Shown here one piece after another: positions 1 through 9,238 of a DNA stretch of 64,000 bases (position 1 is its first letter; each line of letters opens with the position of its first letter). Made by a program: the position numbers and the translations under genes. Where the stretch lies: contig JAIRUU010000113.1 of assembly GCA_031254225.1 (NCBI GenBank), forward strand, positions 546-64,545, written 5' to 3'. The notes under the pieces are model-generated. The model saw only the letters and a program-made list of their open reading frames with translations. It did not search any database and was not told the DNA's origin. This stretch comes from Candidatus Elusimicrobium euhamitermitis. GTDB lineage: Bacteria > Elusimicrobiota > Elusimicrobia > Elusimicrobiales > Elusimicrobiaceae.

Positions 1-316
1 AAATGTCGCCCAGGCGGGACCAGCAGTAAGCGTTGTAAGGGGACGCGGGCGGAAGCTGCGCAACCGCGGTTTCAAAAAAAGTTTTTGCGGCGGGAATATT
101 ATTTTGCGCTAGATAAATGCCCGCGAGGCTTATTATAACGTCTGTATTTTTACCGTCCAGCGCGAGGCATTCAAGAAAAACGGCCTGCGCGTCGTTAAGT
201 TTTTGGTCCGCGAACAGCCGTTTTCCTTTTTCCACGCACGCGCCCGCGGACGCGTATTCGGTCGCGTAAGAAAGCGTTGAAAAAAGGGCTAGTAAAATTG
301 TAAAAATAATTTTCAT
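1..316 (-). CDS. Secreted TPR-like protein (partial, runs off window start)
   Basis: Own translation from ATG at 316: MKIIFTILLALFSTLSYA signal peptide, then helical TPR-like segments (AQAVFLECLALDGKNTDVIISLAGIY); ATGA overlap with the stop of the upstream gene. Confidence 0.65.
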   Translation of the reverse strand, partial: MKIIFTILLALFSTLSYATEYASAGACVEKGKRLFADQKLNDAQAVFLECLALDGKNTDVIISLAGIYLAQNNIPAAKTFFETAVAQLPPASPYNAYCWSRLGDI

Positions 317-1110
317 GACAGCAGCACCTTTAAAACCGCCGCGGTTTTTTCTGTTTTACCAAGGCGCGTTTTGTTTGTAAAGGCAAATCCGGTTTTCTCC
401 ATTTTTGCAAGCAGAGCCTTGTAAACCGCGCCCATAATTTCAGCGGGCAGTAAATCTTTTTTTCTGTTTTTCGGTTTAAGTTTTGCGGCGGCGTTAAAAA
501 AATCTTTTGCGCGCGCGGCCTCAAAAGCCAGAATTTTTGAGACGGCGGCCGCGTTTTTATTTTTAATATCATTCGGCGCGATATTAAATTTTGACATATC
601 GTCCAGCGGAAAATAAACTCTGCCTAACGCGATATCTTCATAAACGTCGCGCACAATGTTTGTCATCTGCACGGCGTTGCCTAAAGTCACGGCGTAATCA
701 AAAATTTCTTCTTTTTTAAAACCGCAAATTTCGCAGCACATAATCCCGACCACGCCCGCGACGCGGTATAAATATTCTTTAAGTTCGTCAAAGTTTTTGT
801 ATATTTTTTTGTTTAAATCCATTTCCATGCCGTCAATTAAAAGTAAAAAACTGTCTTTTGACAAATTAAATTTTGCCGCGTATTTTTGTAATTCCCGCCC
901 GATTTCCGCTGCCGGCGTTTGGGCGGAAAAAACCTTTTCAATTTCCGTCCGCCAAAACTCAAGCGCGGCGCGCGGGTTTTGCGCGGGCTCGTCTACAATA
1001 TCGTCAACTTCGCGGCAAAAAGCGTATACGGCGGCAAGCGCGTTTTTGCGCTCTTCGTTCATAAATAAAAACGCCGGCCCGAAGCTTGATTTTTTGTAAA
1101 CTGTATTCAT
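313..1110 (-). CDS. Phytoene/squalene synthase family protein (CrtB/HpnD-like)
   Basis: SSF...YAFCREVDDIVD, YLYRVAGVVG, LGNAVQMTNIVRDVYED...GRVYFP motifs; start moved to ATG 1110 because the upstream extension lies in a repeat. Confidence 0.85.
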   Translation of the reverse strand: MNTVYKKSSFGPAFLFMNEERKNALAAVYAFCREVDDIVDEPAQNPRAALEFWRTEIEKVFSAQTPAAEIGRELQKYAAKFNLSKDSFLLLIDGMEMDLNKKIYKNFDELKEYLYRVAGVVGIMCCEICGFKKEEIFDYAVTLGNAVQMTNIVRDVYEDIALGRVYFPLDDMSKFNIAPNDIKNKNAAAVSKILAFEAARAKDFFNAAAKLKPKNRKKDLLPAEIMGAVYKALLAKMEKTGFAFTNKTRLGKTEKTAAVLKVLLS

Positions 1111-1114
1111 ATGA

Positions 1115-1314
1115 TAGTTGCTTAGCTTAATATAGCCATATTGCGCCGCTTTGATTTTACCCAAAAGTGACGCGGCCCCGAAGGGGTTGGCTGCTTTTTT
1201 CTTAATTTCAATTTTTTTGCTTCTTACATAGGCAACGCTATGCTCGTCGCAAAAAAATTGAAATTAAGAAAAAATCCGCACAACGCAATATGGATATATT
1301 AAGCTAAGCAACTA
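1115..1314. mobile_element. MITE-like element with long terminal inverted repeats, TA at both ends
   Basis: 1114-1145 and 1284-1315 are 32-bp inverted repeats with 1 mismatch; perfect 26-bp internal stem 1195-1220/1249-1274; no coding capacity. Confidence 0.65.
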
Positions 1315-1344
1315 TAAACAGTTTACAAAAAAAGGGAGTATATT

Positions 1345-1896
1345 ATGGAACGGGAAGAAGCGTTAAATTTATTAAAAGAACACGTGAAGAGCGAGGCTAT
1401 GTTAAAACACAGTCTTGCGTCCGAAGCGATTTTAAGGGCGCTTGCCAGAGAATTAAAACAGGACGAAAACAAATGGGCGCTCGCCGGCCTGCTGCATGAT
1501 TTGGACGTGGAACTTACCGGCGGGGACCCTATGCGCCACGCCTTTGAAGCGCGCCCGCTGCTTGAGGGTAAAATTGACGATGAAATTATTGACGCCATAG
1601 AAATGCATAACGCGCAGGCCAAAGGCAAAACGCGGGAAAAAACGCTGGACGTCGCGCTTACGGCCGGGGAAACAATCAGCGGTTTTATTACCGCCATAGC
1701 GCTGGTGTATCCTGACAAAAAAGCTGCTTCCGTAAAAATAAAATCAATAACCAAACGCATGAAAGAAACCCGCTTTGCGGCGGGAGTGAGCAGAGAAAAA
1801 ATTATGGAGTGCGAAAAAATAGGAATCCCTTTTGAAAAATTTGCGGAGATTTCTCTGCGCGCAATGCAGGAGGCCGCGCCGTCGCTCGGATTATAA
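1345..1896 (+). CDS. HD/HDIG-domain putative hydrolase
   Basis: HSLASEA, W..AGLLHDLD, IEMH, KSITKRMKETRFAAGVSR pattern; GGGAG RBS. Confidence 0.8.
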   Translation: MEREEALNLLKEHVKSEAMLKHSLASEAILRALARELKQDENKWALAGLLHDLDVELTGGDPMRHAFEARPLLEGKIDDEIIDAIEMHNAQAKGKTREKTLDVALTAGETISGFITAIALVYPDKKAASVKIKSITKRMKETRFAAGVSREKIMECEKIGIPFEKFAEISLRAMQEAAPSLGL

Positions 1897-1897
1897 T

Positions 1898-2803
1898 ATG
1901 AACATAACCCAAACCGTCGGCAAAACGCCGCTTGTAAAATTAAGTAATATAAAAACGCCCGCCGATATTTTTGTGAAAATAGAAAGTTTTAACCCGCTTT
2001 CCAGCGTAAAAGACCGCGTTGCGTTAAGCATAATTGATACGGCCGAGCGCGCCGGCAGTTTACGCGCCGGCGGCACCGTGGTGGAGGCCAGCAGCGGCAA
2101 CACGGGCATAGGGCTTGCGTTCATTTGCGCCGCGCGCGGATACAAATTAATTTTGACCATGCCGGACAATGTGAGCGTTGAAAGAAGAATGGTTTTAAAA
2201 TCGCTCGGCGCAAAACTTGAACTTACGCCCGGCGCGGACAACATGAACGGCGCTATAGACAAGGCTCTGGAAATAGTGTCGTCTGAAAAAAACGCTTTTT
2301 ACGCGCGCCAGTTTGAGAACCCGGCAAATCCGGAAATTCACAGAAAAACAACGGGGCCGGAAATTATCAGCCAGATGAACGGACAAAATATAGATTTTTT
2401 TGTATCTGCCGTAGGCACCGGCGGCACCATAACCGGCACGGGCGAAACGTTAAAAAATAAAAATCCGAATACAAAAATAATAGCCGTGGAGCCGTCGGAC
2501 TCGCCCGTTCTTTCGGGCGGCAAACCCGCGCCGCACAATTTACAGGGCATAGGCGCCGGATTTGTGCCTAAAATACTTAACGTAAAAATTATTGACGAAA
2601 TTATTCAGGTTACCGAAGGCGAGGCTTTTGTATACGCCCGCATACTCGCGTCGGAGGAAGGCATTTTTGCGGGCATAACCAGCGGCGCGGCTATGTTTGC
2701 GGCAAACAAAATAGCGCAGCGCGCGGAAAATAAAGGTAAAAATATAGTCGTAATCCTTCCCGACGGCGGAGACAGATATTTATCTACAAATTTGTGGAAA
2801 TAA
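1898..2803 (+). CDS. cysK: Cysteine synthase A
   Basis: VGKTPLV, KIESFNPLSSVKDR (PLP lysine), SSGNTG, GTGGTITG, QGIGAGF; start at ATG 1898. Confidence 0.93.
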   Translation: MNITQTVGKTPLVKLSNIKTPADIFVKIESFNPLSSVKDRVALSIIDTAERAGSLRAGGTVVEASSGNTGIGLAFICAARGYKLILTMPDNVSVERRMVLKSLGAKLELTPGADNMNGAIDKALEIVSSEKNAFYARQFENPANPEIHRKTTGPEIISQMNGQNIDFFVSAVGTGGTITGTGETLKNKNPNTKIIAVEPSDSPVLSGGKPAPHNLQGIGAGFVPKILNVKIIDEIIQVTEGEAFVYARILASEEGIFAGITSGAAMFAANKIAQRAENKGKNIVVILPDGGDRYLSTNLWK

Positions 2804-2805
2804 TT

Positions 2806-5163
2806 TCAGATAATCACTTTCATTTTACGGGCGAGCACTTTGAAAGAAGGCTCGCTCTTTTTTGTCTGCGGCAGGGTTTTTAACGCGATAAAAATGTCTT
2901 CCTGCCCGTAAAAAACTTCGGGCGCGAAAGCGAATGAATCTAAGTCGGCCAAAAATTCAACAATGGTCATGGCGTTATCCCGCGTGGGCTGTTTGCGGAA
3001 AAGCCCGCACATGTCCGCCAGCCTGCCGCGCGCTATAATTCTGACGGCGTCAATGTCTATGGTGATATTCAAACTTCTGGCGTCTTCCATAAGTTCTTCA
3101 ATGCGCGCCGCGTCAACCTGTCCGGCGGCGATTTCCTGTTTCAAATCTTCGGTCAGCACAAACTGCGCGGCGTAAAGGAATGACTGCGGCAGCGGCGCGC
3201 CTATATATTTTAGTTCGCGCAGCAGCGGGTACTGCGTGTCAAAAACCGCGTCAAACATTTTTGCCGTGGTGTCGTGAATATCCGTAAGCATGCGGTCCAC
3301 CACGCGGCGCTGCACGTCTTTAAATAAATCCGACAGCGTAAATACCGACGGCAGCGCAAGTTGTATCTGGCGTATGCTTTCCTCGGTGTCCGCGTTGGAA
3401 ATAATTTTTTTAATTTCCTCCGGCGTTAAAGACATATTCTTGCCGGAAAAACACGTCAGCCTGTAATCCTGCGAGTAAAATAAAACGTAATAAATTTTTT
3501 CCCGCTCAAACGTAAATTTTGATTCAAATGTCGCGCTGCCGGCCAGCGCTTTTGTCCTGCCGGCGTCAATTAACTGATGTTTGTCGTCGGTCACGTTATA
3601 AGAATAAATATTTTCCGGCGTCCTGTTATTCATTAATTCCACGGCGTAATGGACAGCGGCCTTATCCGGCCCGAACGCGGAATTTTTTATAAACCGCTCA
3701 TAAATATTCGCGCCGTTTCCGTAGCCCTGCAAATTGCTTGGCGCGAGCAAAAGTTTTGCAAGAAAATCCGGCTCAAGGTTAACGCCGGACAGGTCTTTAT
3801 TTAACTCAACCACGCGCGCCGCGTACTGCATAATCTGCACTGTTTCTATGCCGCTTATCTCGTCAAAAAACCAGCCGCAGCTTGTGTACATGTAAAGCGC
3901 GTTTAACTGCATTTCCATTAATTTTAACGCGGCGGTTTTATCTTGTCTGCCTTTGTCCGTGCAGCAGGTGTTTATGAAATTTTCAATATTTTCTTTTGAA
4001 CGGTCAGACAAAACCGAGACGTAAGCGTTGCGCGCGTCCCACGGGGAATTAAAATATTGCGCGCCCGCGGTTTCAAAAGTTTTGGCGGCTTCGTCTCTTA
4101 TAAAATCAAGCGCGGCGCGCAGCGGCCCGCGCCATTTCTGGTGCCAGCCGGAATACATGCCTGAGCAGCAGCCGCAGTTGCTCCTCCACCGTTCCACGCC
4201 GTGAAAGCAGCTCCAGGAAGTGTTCTCAAAAATTTTTGCTTCATATTCCGGCGGGTTTTTTTCCAAAAATTCGCCGTAAACAGTAATTTTTGCAAGCTTA
4301 TTGTCTTCAATATATTTTAAACAGTAGGCAAGCGCCATGTCCGCGAATTTCTGGTGATGGCCGTAGGTTTCCCCGTCGGTGGCTATATGCATGAGCTGCG
4401 TTTCTTTATCGGCGTTTTGGGTGTAAGCGCTTAAAAGTTTGGACGCAAAATTTTCCCCGCTTTTTAAAGTGTCCCCGAAAGCTATGCCCTGGGAAATCGG
4501 CCCGTCGTAAAAAAATAAAACAATGGTTTTGCCGGAGGGCAGACTGCACAGATAAGGTTTTTTAGGGTCAACGTCCGCGCGGCTTGTGTCAAGCCACTTA
4601 TCGTCGCTGAGTTTGCGCACTTTCGCGCACTGGCCGGGCGCGAGAATGGTAAATTTTATTCCGTATCTTGCCAGCAGTTCCAGCGTGGAAGTATCGCACG
4701 CGGTCTCTGCCAGCCACATGCCTTCCGGCGCGCGGCCGAAGCGTTTTTTAAAATCTTCAATACCCCATAACACCTGTGTTTCTTTATCGCGCTCGTTCGC
4801 AAGCGGCATTATTATATGGTTATAAACCTGCGCTATGGCGCCGCCGTGGCCGGAAAATTTTTTCTGCGCGTCTTTGTCCGCCGTCAAAATTGATTTATAA
4901 ACTTCCGGCTCGTATTCCTCCAGCCACGACAGTAAAGTGGGCCCGAAATTGAAACTTATATTTGAATAATTGTTTACCAGAGCAACCAAATCTTTATCCG
5001 CGTTTAACACGCGGGCGTTGGTGTTGGGCTCATAACACTCGGCTGTAATGCGGGCGTTCCAGTCGTGGTAAGGGGCCGCGCTTTCCTGTATTTCAATGGT
5101 GCCGGTCCACGCGTTTTCCCTCGGCGGCTGGTAGAAGTGGCCGTGAATGCAGAGATATTTCAT
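2806..5163 (-). CDS. GH57 family glycoside hydrolase (DUF3536-type)
   Basis: CIHGHFYQPPREN, GMWLAETA, ATDGETYGHH, SWSCFHGVERW, MYTSCGWFFDEISGIE. Confidence 0.88.
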   Translation of the reverse strand: MKYLCIHGHFYQPPRENAWTGTIEIQESAAPYHDWNARITAECYEPNTNARVLNADKDLVALVNNYSNISFNFGPTLLSWLEEYEPEVYKSILTADKDAQKKFSGHGGAIAQVYNHIIMPLANERDKETQVLWGIEDFKKRFGRAPEGMWLAETACDTSTLELLARYGIKFTILAPGQCAKVRKLSDDKWLDTSRADVDPKKPYLCSLPSGKTIVLFFYDGPISQGIAFGDTLKSGENFASKLLSAYTQNADKETQLMHIATDGETYGHHQKFADMALAYCLKYIEDNKLAKITVYGEFLEKNPPEYEAKIFENTSWSCFHGVERWRSNCGCCSGMYSGWHQKWRGPLRAALDFIRDEAAKTFETAGAQYFNSPWDARNAYVSVLSDRSKENIENFINTCCTDKGRQDKTAALKLMEMQLNALYMYTSCGWFFDEISGIETVQIMQYAARVVELNKDLSGVNLEPDFLAKLLLAPSNLQGYGNGANIYERFIKNSAFGPDKAAVHYAVELMNNRTPENIYSYNVTDDKHQLIDAGRTKALAGSATFESKFTFEREKIYYVLFYSQDYRLTCFSGKNMSLTPEEIKKIISNADTEESIRQIQLALPSVFTLSDLFKDVQRRVVDRMLTDIHDTTAKMFDAVFDTQYPLLRELKYIGAPLPQSFLYAAQFVLTEDLKQEIAAGQVDAARIEELMEDARSLNITIDIDAVRIIARGRLADMCGLFRKQPTRDNAMTIVEFLADLDSFAFAPEVFYGQEDIFIALKTLPQTKKSEPSFKVLARKMKVII

Positions 5164-5223
5164 GTCTACATTGTATTATTTTAATGGTAGAATATGCACA
5201 ACGCTTTCTGTGAGGAGAAAACA

Positions 5224-6552
5224 ATGAAGAAAATTTTTGTTCTTGACACCAACGTTCTTTTGCATGACGTTAAAGCTATTGAAGTTTTTGAAGACAACGA
5301 TATTGTTATTCCGATAGTGGTAATAGAAGAACTGGACAATTTTAAAACCGACGCCGACGACCGCGGCAAAAACGCGCGTATAGTTTCCAGAATGCTGGAC
5401 GAGTACAGAACAAAAGGCAGACTGAGCGAAGGCGTTCCCACGGACAGCGGCGGCACGCTGCGCATTGAAATGGATAAAGAGCGCGTTTTGCCTTCTTCGT
5501 TTGTGTTCAATAAGTCAGACAACGGCATTTTAAATATAGCCTACTTCTTAAAAAAGAAAGAAGAAACGCATAAACCAAATAACCAGAAGCCGGTAATTAT
5601 TGTCACAAAGGACACGAATTTACGTCTTAAGGCCGAGGCCATAGGCATAGAAGCGCAGGATTATACGACGGATAAAATTAATTACAGCGAGCTGTATACC
5701 GGCGTGGCGGAGCTTGAAGTTGACGCCGCGGTCATAGACGGGCTTTATAAAAATAAAAACTGCCCGCTGCCGGAAGGCAATTTTTATCCGAACGAATTTA
5801 TAATTTTAAAAGCTAACGACGGAAGCAAAAAATCCGCCATAGGCCGCGTGGGAAATAACGGCGATATGAACGTCAGACTTCTGCCGCAGCAGGAGCCCGC
5901 GGCGTGGGGCATAAAACCGCTTAATAAAGAACAGCGTTTTGCCATGGAACTTTTATTGGACGATACACTGGATATCGTTACTCTCGTCGGCGCGGCGGGA
6001 ACGGGCAAAACTTTAATCACGCTCGCCACCGGCCTGCAGAGGACGCTTGACGAAGAAAAATACAGGCGCCTTGTTGTCTGCCGTTCTGTGGTCCCCGTCG
6101 GCAAAGACATAGGTTTTTTGCCTGGCACAAAAGAGGAAAAACTGGAAGTGTGGATGGGCGCAATTTATGACAACATGGCTTTCCTCGCGGACCGCAAAAA
6201 CCCCGACGACGGCGAAGAAAAGGCCAAATATATTTTAGATTCCGGAAAAGTTGAAATAGCGTCAATAACCCACATACGCGGCCGCAGCCTGCCGCAGCAG
6301 TATATGATTGTGGACGACGCGCAAAACCTCACGCCGCATGAAATGAAAACCATTCTGACCCGCGCGGGCGAGGGCACAAAAGTGGTTGTTACAGGCGACC
6401 CTTACCAGATTGACACGCCGTATCTTGACGCGGAGTCCAACGGTTTGACGTATCTGGTTGACCGGTTTAAAGGCCAGAAGAACCATGGGCATATAACGTT
6501 TACGAAGACAGAGCGCAGCAGACTCGCGGATATAGCTTCAAAGCTGTTGTAA
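5224..6552 (+). CDS. PIN-PhoH (PhoH2-type) ATPase/RNase
   Basis: N-terminal PIN (FVLDTNVLLHD, VTKDTNLRLKA), Walker A GAAGTGKT, GFLPG, IRGRS, AQNLT; GAGGAG RBS before ATG 5224. Confidence 0.9.
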   Translation: MKKIFVLDTNVLLHDVKAIEVFEDNDIVIPIVVIEELDNFKTDADDRGKNARIVSRMLDEYRTKGRLSEGVPTDSGGTLRIEMDKERVLPSSFVFNKSDNGILNIAYFLKKKEETHKPNNQKPVIIVTKDTNLRLKAEAIGIEAQDYTTDKINYSELYTGVAELEVDAAVIDGLYKNKNCPLPEGNFYPNEFIILKANDGSKKSAIGRVGNNGDMNVRLLPQQEPAAWGIKPLNKEQRFAMELLLDDTLDIVTLVGAAGTGKTLITLATGLQRTLDEEKYRRLVVCRSVVPVGKDIGFLPGTKEEKLEVWMGAIYDNMAFLADRKNPDDGEEKAKYILDSGKVEIASITHIRGRSLPQQYMIVDDAQNLTPHEMKTILTRAGEGTKVVVTGDPYQIDTPYLDAESNGLTYLVDRFKGQKNHGHITFTKTERSRLADIASKLL

Positions 6553-6557
6553 AAGGA

Positions 6558-6806
6558 GTGATTTTTCAAAAAAATCACACATTATTTCACAACGCCTTTG
6601 GCTGAGTGCTTCGCAGTCCTCTTGATTCGCTCACTTCGTTCGCATTGGCTGGGGGTTAAAAATTTCTTCGGCTTTTGAGTGCTTTTTTATTTTTTCGGGC
6701 CTCTCCGTACGCTTCGCCTTAAGTACTTGTTCGGCCCGAAGAAAATAAAAAATCATCTCAAAATCCTGTGAAATTTTTCTTACGGACTACTAACGGCGGT
6801 TACGGC
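6558..6806 (+). repeat. Dispersed structured repeat, copy A
   Basis: GTGATTTT-N5-AAAATCAC head, TTCGCTCACTTCGTTCGC, 121-nt hairpin 6658-6778 with core CCGTACGCTTCGCCTTAAGTACTTG, tail ACGGACTACTAACGGCGGTTACGGC; extra right-arm fragment ~6831-6863. Confidence 0.92.
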
Positions 6807-6863
6807 GAATATTTTTCATTTCTTTAAAGAACTTACTCGGGCCGAAGGAAATAAAAAATCATC

Positions 6864-6901
6864 TTAAAAAAACGCTCTCATGACAGAGGGCGTTTTTTTA
6901 A
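6864..6901. terminator. Bidirectional intrinsic terminator
   Basis: A7-CGCTCTC-ATGACA-GAGGGCG-T7 between convergent genes. Confidence 0.75.
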
Positions 6902-8091
6902 TTTTTTTCTTTAAGCGGAACGGCGTTGTAAAGCGTGTGGTGCGCCATGGTTGAAGTGACGGGTCTTTTTGTCCTGTATATTTTCCTGACGGACGGGAAA
7001 ATTATTTTGAACGCTTCCACGACGTTGGGGTCAAACGCTTTTCCGCTTTGTTCAAGAATATGCCGGAAAGCTTCGTCGGGCGTCCACGCGGCTTTGTAAA
7101 CGCGGTCCATGCAGAGCGCGTCAAACACGTCTGCCACGCTTACTATGCGGGCTTCCAGCGGTATTTGCTCGCCTTTGAGACGGTTAGGGTAGCCGGTGCC
7201 GTCCCATTTTTCATGGTGGCATAAACTTATTTTATGCGCCGCCTGCAAAACTTTTGAGTGCGCGCCCTCCAAAATCCTGCCGCCGTACATGGTGTGCGAT
7301 TTCATTGTTTCATATTCTGTGTCGGTAAGTTTTGCGGGTTTAAGCAAAATATTGTCCGCCAGCGCGACTTTGCCTATGTCGTGCAGCGGGCTGGCGTTTT
7401 TAATAAGTTCCGCGTCTTTCTGGTCTAAACCGAGCGCGAGCGCAAGAAGATAGGAAATTATGCTTATGTTTTTTAAGTGGCTTCTGGTGTCCTGCTGGTC
7501 GCGGTATTCGGCGGTAACGGCCAGCCTGTAAATAGTTTCCAGCTGGGAAACGTGAATATCCTCGTAAAGTCTCGCTATTTCTATCGCGCCGGCGGCCATG
7601 GCGGACAAAAGCATTAATATTCCTTCGTCTTTTTTATCAAAAGGCGTGCCGTCGTTTTTATTTGAAACCTGAAACACGCCCATTACCTTGCCAGTGTTAT
7701 TTTTAAGCGGCGCGGCAACCAGGTTTTTCGTGCGGTAGTCAGTCACCATGTCAACGCCCATATAAAACCGCGGGTCTTCGTAAGCGTTTGTAATATTTAC
7801 TATTTCGCCGGTGTTTGCGGCTAGCGCTATCTCGCTTTTGCCGTTAAGCGGCACGCGGATTTCCGTCTGTTCCACGCCTTTGCCCTGCGCTATTTTTGAC
7901 CACAGCTCTTTGGTCTCTGAATCTTTTAAAAAAATTATGCAGCGGCCAACGTTTAAAATTTTTGTGATTTGGGTTGCCACGACGTCAAGCAGCGCGTCAA
8001 GCTTAATTTCGTTTGACACTTTCATGCCGAAGTCAACCAGCAGGTTCAGCTTTTCCTCAGCGGTCAGTTTACTTATCTGCATATAAATCAC
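6898..8091 (-). CDS. GAF + HD-GYP c-di-GMP phosphodiesterase
   Basis: N-terminal GAF domain; LHDIGK, HHEKWDGTGYP, ARIVSVADVFDAL. Confidence 0.9.
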   Translation of the reverse strand: MIYMQISKLTAEEKLNLLVDFGMKVSNEIKLDALLDVVATQITKILNVGRCIIFLKDSETKELWSKIAQGKGVEQTEIRVPLNGKSEIALAANTGEIVNITNAYEDPRFYMGVDMVTDYRTKNLVAAPLKNNTGKVMGVFQVSNKNDGTPFDKKDEGILMLLSAMAAGAIEIARLYEDIHVSQLETIYRLAVTAEYRDQQDTRSHLKNISIISYLLALALGLDQKDAELIKNASPLHDIGKVALADNILLKPAKLTDTEYETMKSHTMYGGRILEGAHSKVLQAAHKISLCHHEKWDGTGYPNRLKGEQIPLEARIVSVADVFDALCMDRVYKAAWTPDEAFRHILEQSGKAFDPNVVEAFKIIFPSVRKIYRTKRPVTSTMAHHTLYNAVPLKEKN

Positions 8092-9238
8092 CTATAAAAA
8101 CAGCCTTACATTTAGGATAATACTTTTTTAGGCTTTTGTTAAGCTGTCTTTTTTGCGCGAGAGTAACGCAGACCACGGCGTCCCCCTGCGCCGCGGCGAT
8201 ATATTCAACCTTACGTCTTAAATACCGCGCGCTTTCCCCGGGTTTTATATATTCGTAGCCGAGGGGGGGCAAAGGATAATTGTCTCCTTCCCACGACGGG
8301 CAGAAGTTTTGAGAGTTTTTTGCCAGCAGTTTTATTGAGGATTCAAAAATTTTATCTTCGGCGGCAAACGCGGCGGTTTTGGTAAAAATAATTTTTTTGG
8401 TATTTTTCGTTTTGGGCAGGCTTGGCAGAATGTCCGCTATAAAATAAATATTGTCCGCGAACTTTTGCGCTTTGTCAAAATTTTCCGTCTGCCAAAACAG
8501 CTGCGGATATTTTTTTACAAAATTAAAAATATCCATGGAGTCCGTTATTATTTTCCCGCCGCCGTCCGCGGCAAAATATTCGTTTATAAGTTTCAGCGCG
8601 GTTTTGCGCGCGGCGGGCAGGCCAGAGTAAACATATTCGTTCATGCCGCTTTCACCGCGCAGCACCCGCGCGCCGCCGCAGATTTTGCTTATGGCGCGCA
8701 GCATGTTAACCGCGCTTTTTACTTCTGAAAATTCAGCTTCAAAAGACGGCAGGAAAAACGCGCCCTTTCCTTTTCCGCCGAATTCCGTTTTTTTTATTTC
8801 CCGTTTTAAGTCAAAAGGGTTTAACGAAATTATTTTGTTTTTCAGCCGGCGGGAAAGCGGCAGTTTTCTGCGCCCGTAAACTCTTTCAAGTTCAAGGACG
8901 TGCTCGTGCGTGGGCACTTTTGCAAAACATTCTTTTGTGCACGCGCCGCACAGCATGCAGCAGGAAAGCGCGTCTTTTATTTCCGTAACATTTTTTTTGC
9001 GGTCAATTTTATTTTCCATTATAAACCGCAGCAGAATATTTCTTGCGCGCGGGCCTTTGTCCTCGCGCGCGGTATCAAGCTGCGCCGGACAAGTTCTGCT
9101 GCAGTACGCGCATTTATTGCACTGCGCCGCGCTGTCATAAACCGTTTTTTGGCCGAGCTGCGTAAAAATAGTGTGCAGGTGCAAATCTTCAAAACCTTCT
9201 TTGAAAAGAAAATTTTTCGGGGTTCTAAAGTTTTCCAT
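8069..9238 (-). CDS. Fe-S oxidoreductase subunit (GlcF-like)
   Basis: Two 4Fe-4S motifs CNKCAYCSRTCP and CMLCGACTKEC, GPRAR motif; C-terminal CCG domains degenerate; overlaps glcD-like gene. Confidence 0.75.
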   Translation of the reverse strand: MENFRTPKNFLFKEGFEDLHLHTIFTQLGQKTVYDSAAQCNKCAYCSRTCPAQLDTAREDKGPRARNILLRFIMENKIDRKKNVTEIKDALSCCMLCGACTKECFAKVPTHEHVLELERVYGRRKLPLSRRLKNKIISLNPFDLKREIKKTEFGGKGKGAFFLPSFEAEFSEVKSAVNMLRAISKICGGARVLRGESGMNEYVYSGLPAARKTALKLINEYFAADGGGKIITDSMDIFNFVKKYPQLFWQTENFDKAQKFADNIYFIADILPSLPKTKNTKKIIFTKTAAFAAEDKIFESSIKLLAKNSQNFCPSWEGDNYPLPPLGYEYIKPGESARYLRRKVEYIAAAQGDAVVCVTLAQKRQLNKSLKKYYPKCKAVFIGDLYADK

